Of a DNA stretch of 64,000 bases, positions 49,086-56,287 are shown piece by piece. A program made the position numbers and the translations under genes. Where the stretch lies: positions 186,001 to 250,000 of the IMG/VR virus record IMGVR_UViG_3300027541_000009; one strand, written 5' to 3'. The first letter of the stretch is position 1. Each line of letters starts with the position of its first letter. The notes under the pieces are model-generated. The model saw only the letters and a list, made by a program, of their open reading frames with translations. It was not told the DNA's origin and did not search any database.

Positions 49086-49676
49086 ATGTCCAAACTTACC
49101 ACTTTGCAGGTATCTGCCAAACTGAATGTAACTGATTTCAGTGCATTTGATAAACCTGGCAAGAACAAAGGTGCTCGCGGGCAACTGTTAGAAATTGTCC
49201 TTGGAGTTCCTAACTCTTCTGACCTCAAAGATTTGGAGGATGGAGAGATTAAGACTTTTACAGTTGGTGAATCTATTGCTGCCACACAGTTGAAGCATTG
49301 TCTATCTGAAATCATTGAAGATTCTGTGTCTTTTGATGATAGTAAGGTTGGACAGAAACTGAAGCAAACTGTATATGTTGGATTCACCCGTGAGAACGAT
49401 TATGTAGGTTCTGTTGTACTGAATGAGGAAACTCATCCCGAACACTATCAGGAACTGCGTGAGGATTATGAGTTCATTTGTGAGCAGATTCGCCGTGCAT
49501 TTGATATTGAAAGCGAACTGAATACAATCACTGGACCTAACGGATTGCTGCAGATTCGCACCAAAGCATCTAAAACTAACGGTCGCTATGTTCCTCTCCG
49601 TTTCGCAGGTGTGACGCTTAAGGATAAAGGAATGGCATTTTATTTGTGTGGTTCATTCGGTCGCAATCTTTTCTGA
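49086..49676 (+). CDS. MutH/Sau3AI-like PD-(D/E)xK endonuclease
   Basis: NKG..GQLLE..LG...S....D...GEIKT N-terminus and LQIRTKAS...AFYL C-terminus typical of the MutH/Sau3AI fold. Confidence 0.75.
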   Translation: MSKLTTLQVSAKLNVTDFSAFDKPGKNKGARGQLLEIVLGVPNSSDLKDLEDGEIKTFTVGESIAATQLKHCLSEIIEDSVSFDDSKVGQKLKQTVYVGFTRENDYVGSVVLNEETHPEHYQELREDYEFICEQIRRAFDIESELNTITGPNGLLQIRTKASKTNGRYVPLRFAGVTLKDKGMAFYLCGSFGRNLF

Positions 49677-49710
49677 TAGCAACTTGGATCCTCTAAAGTG
49701 TACCTATAGT

Positions 49711-49893
49711 ATGACTAACACCTCTTTCGACTTCCAAACCGACATCACTCCTGCACTTCTGGAGTTCATGTGCAACAATCACACAGATTTGAATGATTGT
49801 GTAGATTTCGTTTGCAATGTCTTTGACCTTGATGCAACTGACGAACTGATTGATTATGTTGCTGATGAGTTCGACGCTTTCTTCGGCAACTGA
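49711..49893 (+). CDS. Hypothetical acidic protein
   Basis: ATG at repeat copy 10. Confidence 0.6.
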   Translation: MTNTSFDFQTDITPALLEFMCNNHTDLNDCVDFVCNVFDLDATDELIDYVADEFDAFFGN

Positions 49894-49924
49894 TTCACAC
49901 TCACTGTTTTACCACTAAATCACA

Positions 49925-50107
49925 ATGACACACTACAATCCTTACGTTCAAAATCTCATTGAAATGGGATATGATGCCCAAGATTGTTACGCTGTTGCTG
50001 CAGTAGGTGAATTGAACCCTACTTATCCGCGTAACATTCACGGTCGCATCTTTGAGACTGAAGAAGAATATAAGCAAGCAGTTGCTGATTATATCAACGG
50101 TTTGTGA
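49925..50107 (+). CDS. Hypothetical protein
   Basis: 60 aa. Confidence 0.65.
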   Translation: MTHYNPYVQNLIEMGYDAQDCYAVAAVGELNPTYPRNIHGRIFETEEEYKQAVADYINGL

Positions 50108-50152
50108 TTCGTAAGAGTCACTAACTTGGATCCTCTAAAGTGTACCTATAGT

Positions 50153-50383
50153 ATGAGCACTTACACTTCACCTCTCACCTCTAAAGTCTACGAAATCGTC
50201 AAGACTTCACACACACGAAACGCATGGGATTCTGAAGGCAATTTGACTCCTTATGTGCAATCTGTCTTTGACATCTATCACGAAGGCAAAAAAGTTCAGT
50301 TTGCATTAACTGCTGAAGGTGTTGCTGAGAGTGTAGCACATCTTGAGAATCCTGGTCGTGATGTATCTTCCCGCTTTGACTGA
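50153..50383 (+). CDS. Hypothetical protein
   Basis: Only in-frame ATG is at repeat copy 11. Confidence 0.65.
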   Translation: MSTYTSPLTSKVYEIVKTSHTRNAWDSEGNLTPYVQSVFDIYHEGKKVQFALTAEGVAESVAHLENPGRDVSSRFD

Positions 50384-50676
50384 ATGAGACGACAGAAAGT
50401 GAAAACAATTCTGTTAATCTTTATCGTTGCGAGTATCCTATCACCAGGAGTTCGTAACATCACTGCCACCACATTACACACTGTTGCTGACATTATTGCA
50501 CCCCATGATTGAGACTGATTTCTACATTCTTTCCGAAGAACAATTTGCACAATTCTCACAACTTGCAGAGGAAATCAATGTGAGTATTGATTATTATTTG
50601 TGTGAGTTTTGTGATGTATCTGGACCTTTGATTGAAGTGTGATACTAACTTGGATCCTCTAAAGTGTACCTATAGT

Positions 50677-50880
50677 ATGAGCACTTCCCAAATGTCCCAA
50701 ATGTCTAAAGTCTACGCTGTGATTGGCGGTTTGGATTATGAAGGTGAAGACTTCAAATCTCTCCGCTTGTTTGATTGCTTCTCCGCTGCAGATGCTTACC
50801 TGAAGCATCTGGAAGCAAACTACGATTATGCTCTACTGGAAACCCGTGAGGTGAATGTAGAGTCTGCAATCGTTGCTTGA
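50677..50880 (+). CDS. Hypothetical protein (G.DYEGE)
   Basis: Single gene between repeat copies 12 and 13. Confidence 0.65.
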   Translation: MSTSQMSQMSKVYAVIGGLDYEGEDFKSLRLFDCFSAADAYLKHLEANYDYALLETREVNVESAIVA

Positions 50881-50933
50881 TTGCAACTTGGATCCTCTAA
50901 AGTGTACCTATAGTATAACCACAACTTCCAACC

Positions 50934-51251
50934 ATGCGAAAGATTGAACTCCAAATGAATAAAGCAATCATTGATTGCAAAGACTGGAAAAATGACAACA
51001 CTGAAGTTCTCTATTCGCCCGAAAGAGATGCCTCTTATGTGTATCTTCACGGCAATCATATTGCAACGATTGGTGATACCTTCCTTGAACTTTACACCTG
51101 TGGTTATAGAACTGTAACCACCAAATCACGTCTCAATGCTATTCTGAAAGTTCATGGAAATGATGCTCGTATCTTTCAACGTGACTTTGAATGGTTTGTG
51201 ATTGATAACGGCAACAAAGTTCCTTTCACTGAAGGTATGGTGCTTAACTGA
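50934..51251 (+). CDS. Hypothetical protein (MRKIE..LHGN.IA..TTKSRLNA family)
   Basis: Widespread phage family motif. Confidence 0.8.
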   Translation: MRKIELQMNKAIIDCKDWKNDNTEVLYSPERDASYVYLHGNHIATIGDTFLELYTCGYRTVTTKSRLNAILKVHGNDARIFQRDFEWFVIDNGNKVPFTEGMVLN

Positions 51252-51410
51252 TGACTAACGAACAAAAGATTGAGGCATTACCCACAATCCGTACCTTCCC
51301 ATATACGATTGGTCTCCGTACATACTTCTCGGAAGAAGAATATCAAAAAGCACTCCACGATTTCCTGACTTGGAGAAACCACCAACAGAGTAAAAGGAAC
51401 CGCACTAATG

Positions 51411-51713
51411 ATGACTAACGAACAAAAGATTGAGGCACTGACTAATCTTCTGGACAACGTGATTCACTCTCTGAGTATGAAACAATACGAGATTGAAGAT
51501 GCAACTGAATCTCATAAGTGTGAAGTAGAAGCAGACAACTATTACCAAAAGATGCTCACTCTAACTGAATCAAACAAAATGTTCACGATTCGCTACTTTA
51601 CACCGTATCAACAACAGTGGAGAACGCAAACATTCTCTACACTAGATGAAGCAAATCGTATGATTGAGTTCTACAAATCATGCGGAAGTCCTGCTGAACT
51701 CATTAACAACTAA
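51411..51713 (+). CDS. Hypothetical protein (possible two-module fusion)
   Basis: MTNEQKIEAL start duplicated at 51251. Confidence 0.6.
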   Translation: MTNEQKIEALTNLLDNVIHSLSMKQYEIEDATESHKCEVEADNYYQKMLTLTESNKMFTIRYFTPYQQQWRTQTFSTLDEANRMIEFYKSCGSPAELINN

Positions 51714-51720
51714 TCTTCCA

Positions 51721-51957
51721 ATGTTACTCTCCAAACAGTCATTCAACAATCAACAAGTTCTCCCTTTCATAGTAAAGAAAGAGGATGAATATACTGAAGA
51801 AGGTAGTTACTCACTTCACCTATTCTCCCGAATCGTTATCACCAAGGAAGGAAAGAAATACCGATACTTACCTTTACGATTTGAAGGAGAAGAAGCACGA
51901 TTCCGCAAACGTAGTGATGCAGAGGATTATGCAAGGTACAGATTAGCACTTGATTGA
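51721..51957 (+). CDS. Hypothetical protein
   Basis: ATG 51721; followed by terminator. Confidence 0.6.
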   Translation: MLLSKQSFNNQQVLPFIVKKEDEYTEEGSYSLHLFSRIVITKEGKKYRYLPLRFEGEEARFRKRSDAEDYARYRLALD

Positions 51958-51968
51958 TGATACACAGT

Positions 51969-51993
51969 GACCCCACATCAGGGGTCTTTTTTT
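51969..51993 (+). terminator. Rho-independent terminator
   Basis: GACCCC-ACATCA-GGGGTC-T7 between convergent genes. Confidence 0.75.
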
Positions 51994-53005
51994 ATGCTTT
52001 TTCGTACCATCTATAACCATAAGCATTGCACCAAGTTTGCCCATTGTTTATACGTTGAATGTTGTTTTTGATATTAGCAACGCCACTATAATTACCATCA
52101 CCTTTGATAAAGAATGACGCCTCACTCATACTACCAAATTCTACGATTTCGTTGGTTTTAATACTTACACCATAGACAGGTTTCTTTCTTTTTTCGTTGC
52201 TAATTGCAGCAATTTTTTTATAGTGTTCTATTGAATTTGTTTTTGTTGCTGGTGTCCAATCTGTTGGTTTTGATCTAAAGAAATACCAACCTTTTACCTG
52301 TAATTTGCTATTGTCGGGACTGTTAAGTGAGTGATGAATAGCGTGATTATTTGTACGATTTCCTTGTATTTCTTCTGCCGCATCTGCCATTGATTTCCAC
52401 ATCTTTTTACGCCCTAATGTTGGATTGATTCCATATACAGCACCACGAACATTTACTCTCTTTTCTATTACTTTAGGTGTTTCACCTTTCCAAGCCCATC
52501 TATATCCAAGTGCTTGAAATGTCACACCTTTAATGCAAGCAATTATCCCAGTTTTTCCCTTTTTATTTCCACAACTATCAGCAGCAATTCCTACACTCTC
52601 ATAGTCTCTAACCCATTCACCTTCTAATGTATAACAACTCACTGCTTTGGAATGTGGATGATTTGCCCAATACTTTTTTGGTTTCTTTACACCATCACCA
52701 CCTAATGTAATGTTATATCCATTCTTACCACAAGTATCAAGTTTGTTTATCCAAAAGGTTTCACGTTCATTAACATTATCATCGCTACATTCTTCCAATA
52801 CTCTAAACTTAAAGTTATCTGCTCCGTACTTACATATGGCACGAACAATAGGCATAGAGTGAGATGAATTGTTCTCTGCTAAATTATCCTTACTTCTTGC
52901 GTTCTGTAGGTGTTGCTTCCATCTATCATATGGGTTGGGTTGTGTAGTCTTTCCCACATAGAGTTTGCTATTCTCAAGGTTGGTGATTGAGTAGATGTAT
53001 GCCAC
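51992..53005 (-). CDS. GIY-YIG homing endonuclease with NUMOD1-like repeats
   Basis: YIYSITN..N.KLYVGKT..RW.QH..KYG.DNF..LE..RE..WI..GYN; repeated F/Y.S...AA...I...GY.W modules; minus-strand TATAAATA at 53032-53039. Confidence 0.9.
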   Translation of the reverse strand: MAYIYSITNLENSKLYVGKTTQPNPYDRWKQHLQNARSKDNLAENNSSHSMPIVRAICKYGADNFKFRVLEECSDDNVNERETFWINKLDTCGKNGYNITLGGDGVKKPKKYWANHPHSKAVSCYTLEGEWVRDYESVGIAADSCGNKKGKTGIIACIKGVTFQALGYRWAWKGETPKVIEKRVNVRGAVYGINPTLGRKKMWKSMADAAEEIQGNRTNNHAIHHSLNSPDNSKLQVKGWYFFRSKPTDWTPATKTNSIEHYKKIAAISNEKRKKPVYGVSIKTNEIVEFGSMSEASFFIKGDGNYSGVANIKNNIQRINNGQTWCNAYGYRWYEKA

Positions 53006-53065
53006 TGAATTGATGAAAAATGTACTTGCGTTATTTATATTTAAGTGCTGAAATAATGATATTAG

Positions 53066-53129
53066 TTTTCCACAATGTTGTGGAAAAAGTATAATAAATG
53101 TGTGGAAAAACTGTTAGAATTGTGGAAAA
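53066..53129. promoter_or_regulatory. Cluster of four DnaA-box-like 9-mers (TTTTCCACA)
   Basis: TTTTCCACA at 53066 (+) and TGTGGAAAA at 53079, 53101, 53121. Confidence 0.7.
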
Positions 53130-53174
53130 CTTATAGTCATTTAAATGTCTCTGGGGGTCGTTATCTTACAGGTC

Positions 53175-53204
53175 ATTCTATCACACTCGCCCCCAAAATG
53201 TCAA
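53175..53204 (-). promoter_or_regulatory. sigma70-type promoter pointing toward the DnaA boxes
   Basis: Minus strand TTGACA-18 nt-TAGAAT with extended TG. Confidence 0.6.
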
Positions 53205-53277
53205 TACCCCCGCGTTCTCAAATCCCCACAATCCCCCCGCATAAATCCACCGACCCCTGATAAATACCCCCAGACCA

Positions 53278-53306
53278 TTGACAAAAACCGCCCAGCATCT
53301 TATAGT
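53278..53306 (+). promoter_or_regulatory. sigma70-type promoter
   Basis: TTGACA-17 nt-TATAGT. Confidence 0.75.
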
Positions 53307-53333
53307 AGTTTCATAACACACAGGAGCGAACTT

Positions 53334-53507
53334 ATGTCAGTTGCATATCAGCAGGCACAGAAGCAGCGTTATAGGATTACTCTGGATCTATCAGTGTTCG
53401 GTGACTTCGACCCACACCAGATTGATTGGGAGAAGTTATTCAAGTTGGAACCTGCAGAGAAGTGTGATGCTTATGTTGAGGACCTAAGTACACCTGACCG
53501 ATGGTAA
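53334..53507 (+). CDS. Hypothetical protein
   Basis: AGGAG SD; start 53334 within track ORF 53145. Confidence 0.7.
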   Translation: MSVAYQQAQKQRYRITLDLSVFGDFDPHQIDWEKLFKLEPAEKCDAYVEDLSTPDRW

Positions 53508-53588
53508 TTTGGTATCAATTTATACCATATAAGGCGTTTTTATTTTGTTAACATAAAGCATAAATAATCGGGTCTTTATGTTAACAAA

Positions 53589-53768
53589 ATGAGAACACTA
53601 AAATATAAACATTTGGGCGACATGAGGATTATACGAGTCGCCCAAATAACCACTGATATTCTACCTCAACTGCAAGAGGTTATGCAACAGTTAGAGGAGA
53701 ACGGTGAGGATAGTCGTGAGGTGATATTGCGCGTCTTAAGTGATATCGAAGACCGTCTGGGTAACTGA
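53589..53768 (+). CDS. Hypothetical protein (59 aa)
   Basis: Read manually; start lies in a 17-bp hairpin arm; stop abuts repeat copy 14. Confidence 0.55.
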   Translation: MRTLKYKHLGDMRIIRVAQITTDILPQLQEVMQQLEENGEDSREVILRVLSDIEDRLGN

Positions 53769-53822
53769 AACTTGGATCCTCTAAAGTGTACCTATAGTGT
53801 AAGGACAACCACAAACCACTAA

Positions 53823-54026
53823 GTGACTCAAATCGAACTGAACACCGCTATCGAGAATGCCTTCCAACTTTGTGCCGCTCAGAGTTGGGAACTGTTCGAC
53901 GCCTGGTATGAGCGTCTGCACAATGTTCAGGTGATTGATAACATTGAGCACATCACAGAAATCGAAGCAGAGCATAACGAAACGAACCTCAATCTGATGC
54001 TCGCTGGTGTTATGCCTTCTGCCTGA
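53823..54026 (+). CDS. Hypothetical protein
   Basis: GTG start after repeat copy 14. Confidence 0.6.
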   Translation: MTQIELNTAIENAFQLCAAQSWELFDAWYERLHNVQVIDNIEHITEIEAEHNETNLNLMLAGVMPSA

Positions 54027-54060
54027 TTTCGTCTCTTAATTAACACTCACAACACACACA

Positions 54061-54318
54061 ATGACTGTTACTTTCCAAGCAAATCTGACCGATACTGAGT
54101 ATAACGGTTGGACGAATTATGAGACCTGGAATGTTGCTCTCTGGATTCAAAATGATGAGGGTTTCTATAGTCTTGCCCGTGAGGTAGGTAACTATGAAGA
54201 CTTCGTAGATGCTCTGGAAGCGTGTTCTTTCAATTCCCTAAAAACGCCTGACGGAGTATCATTCAAAGACCCCAAGATTAACATCCTTGAGATTAACTCT
54301 GACGTGTTCGATTTCTGA
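54061..54318 (+). CDS. Hypothetical protein (YNGWTNYETWNVALWI.ND family)
   Basis: Widespread phage family motif. Confidence 0.8.
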   Translation: MTVTFQANLTDTEYNGWTNYETWNVALWIQNDEGFYSLAREVGNYEDFVDALEACSFNSLKTPDGVSFKDPKINILEINSDVFDF

Positions 54319-54404
54319 CCTTAAGTAACAACAAGGGGGGAATAAGATGCGCCCTATAAAGACACTTACTCAACACACACTGATTTACACTTTTCTTCTT
54401 CATT

Positions 54405-54575
54405 ATGTCCAAGCAAGTTCTTCTTTCTCTGCTGGCACAAGGTAACAACGGCAGCGAAATTCTGTCCATTCTGGATGCAATCGTTGCTGATAATGTTGCT
54501 GGTTTCGATTATATCGAGTCGCCGCAACTTGAGTCGGCACTGGGTATTCCTACTCTGGAAGAGATTGCCTTCTGA
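54405..54575 (+). CDS. Hypothetical protein (56 aa)
   Basis: Read manually; host-like codon use. Confidence 0.6.
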   Translation: MSKQVLLSLLAQGNNGSEILSILDAIVADNVAGFDYIESPQLESALGIPTLEEIAF

Positions 54576-54624
54576 TTGTTAGTAACTGTATGCCCCTTGG
54601 TTGTTAGACAGAGCGTGAGCGATG

Positions 54625-54653
54625 TTGACACTGAGGGGCGTTTATGTTATGAT
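54625..54653 (+). promoter_or_regulatory. Strong sigma70-type promoter with no immediate ORF
   Basis: TTGACA-17 nt-TATGAT with extended TG. Confidence 0.7.
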
Positions 54654-55130
54654 TGGCAGTGATGCTTATCGGCAGTTAATTGCCGCCGATTTGTTATAGC
54701 GCCGCGCGGCGTTGTTATAAGCCCGCCGATGCCCCCCCCCCTTATTAAAAAAAGCAAACTACCCTAACCTACAGAGGTGACAAATCGACCGATAAATATC
54801 AATCTCATAAAAATTTTCCGGAGGTATTTCTAAGTGTTTGGATGGATTCACAAGAACGGTAAGAGTCGCCCCAATAAAAATAAATCAAAAGGTGCAGCAA
54901 GAACTTGTGCTCAAAAGAATGCTGCGAGAAAGCGAAAGAAGAAAAAATGAGAAGGAGAACACCATATTGGAATTTTTGGAGAGTGATACTCGCAGGTTGG
55001 ATAATCAGATATCCAAAAACAATGGGTAGAATTGTATTAATCCCCCTGGGGGTTTTTGTTGTATTGATATATAATGCGTTAGTAAAATAAGTTTTTACTA
55101 AAAAATTTTCCGGAAAAAGTTTAATAAAAA

Positions 55131-55322
55131 ATGGAAAAAATATACCACATATACGCAGGGGATAAGTGTTTATTCCACTCTATTAAAGAAGATGAGTTCT
55201 CGACCACTTGGAATACTCTGAAGAATATGGTGGAAATTATGAAAACTGATTACAATGCAGAGGATTTATCCTATGAGGAACTTATTGTAAATAAGGAAAT
55301 TATTTTGAACTCCTCTCATTGA
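55131..55322 (+). CDS. Hypothetical protein
   Basis: 63 aa. Confidence 0.65.
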   Translation: MEKIYHIYAGDKCLFHSIKEDEFSTTWNTLKNMVEIMKTDYNAEDLSYEELIVNKEIILNSSH

Positions 55323-55372
55323 CAAAAGCATATATAGACTGTTAAAATTGATGTTGAAGGTTATTTTAACTT

Positions 55373-56140
55373 ATGGCAAAAGGATTCACTGTTAAAACTG
55401 TAGCACCAAAGAAGTCCACTGAAGAATGGGACTACGATGCGATTAAAGAAAGGATGAAGGGTAAGAGTATTGTATTCTGTCTTCCTGGACGAGGATGCTC
55501 TTATATCTTTTTGAAAGCATTTGTACAACTTTGTTTTGATATTGTACAAAATGGAATGAGTATTCAAATTTCTCAAGATTATTCATCAATGGTTAACTTT
55601 GCACGATGCAAGTGTCTTGGAGCAAATGTTCTCCGTGGACCAAACCAAAAACCTTGGGATGGAAAACTTCAATATGATTATCAGCTCTGGATTGATAATG
55701 ATATTGTTTTTGATTCTAACAAGTTCTGGCAGCTTTGTGATTTAGCTCTTTCTGCTGAAGGAGAAGAGAAAGAAGTTGTTGCAGGTTGGTACGCAACAGA
55801 AGATGGTCACACAACTTCTGTCGCACACTGGTTAGAAGAAGATGATTTCCGTAAGAATGGTGGTGTAATGAACCACGAAACTGTGGAATCAATCAGCAAG
55901 CGTCGTAAGCCATTCACTGTAGATTACACAGGTTTTGGATGGGTTATGATTAAGAATGGAGTCTTTGAGAATCTTGAGTATCCTTGGTTTGCTCCGAAGA
56001 TGCAAGTCTTTGAGTCTGGTAATGTTCAAGATATGTGTGGCGAAGATGTTTCATTCTGTCTTGATGCCAAGGATGCGGGGTTTGATATCTGGTGCGATCC
56101 TCGCATTAGAGTTGGACATGAAAAAACTCGCATTATCTAA
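55373..56140 (+). CDS. Glycosyltransferase-like (GT-A fold) protein
   Basis: WIDNDIVF (DxD), TGFG..MIK..VFE, GEDVSFC, D....VGH; TTGACA-18-TAAAAT promoter at 55319. Confidence 0.75.
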   Translation: MAKGFTVKTVAPKKSTEEWDYDAIKERMKGKSIVFCLPGRGCSYIFLKAFVQLCFDIVQNGMSIQISQDYSSMVNFARCKCLGANVLRGPNQKPWDGKLQYDYQLWIDNDIVFDSNKFWQLCDLALSAEGEEKEVVAGWYATEDGHTTSVAHWLEEDDFRKNGGVMNHETVESISKRRKPFTVDYTGFGWVMIKNGVFENLEYPWFAPKMQVFESGNVQDMCGEDVSFCLDAKDAGFDIWCDPRIRVGHEKTRII

Positions 56141-56287
56141 TGAACTATCACGTACTTTATAAAGGACGTAAAATTTATATGAACCTCACTACAGATGAAT
56201 GTCTTGAGGTTCTTCAAGACTTATCTGAGCGTTTTTACTCGGGTGATGATATTGATCCTAATTTAATTGAACTGGAGGAAATTAACA

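Larger units (their letters stand above)
35651..53798 (+). repeat. 14 dispersed direct copies of 29-bp element ACTTGGATCCTCTAAAGTGTACCTATAGT (class-1 early promoter/junction repeat)
   Basis: Starts at 35651, 39171, 40255, 43608, 44179, 45125, 46849, 48204, 49040, 49682, 50124, 50648, 50886, 53770; 9 identical, 5 with one substitution; all on + strand at gene boundaries. Confidence 0.95.

Noticed and set aside
35653-50660. Shared N-terminal peptide (M/L)DPLKCTY(S/N) in many track ORFs as a protein motif
   Set aside because: It is just the translation of the DNA repeat; it is out of frame or blocked by a stop in 4 of 14 copies, and the DNA shows almost no synonymous variation.
53075-53333. Track ORF 53075..53260 and the 5' part of 53145..53507
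   Set aside because: They overlap the DnaA-box, C-tract and promoter region, have atypical Pro-rich composition, and the SD-supported start is 53334.
35651-53798. 29-bp repeats as a CRISPR array
   Set aside because: Intervals are 238-3520 bp, irregular and contain whole genes; no cas genes are recognisable.
35651-53798. True integron
   Set aside because: No tyrosine or serine recombinase is recognisable in the window and the repeat lacks attC-like inverted structure; the comparison is architectural only.
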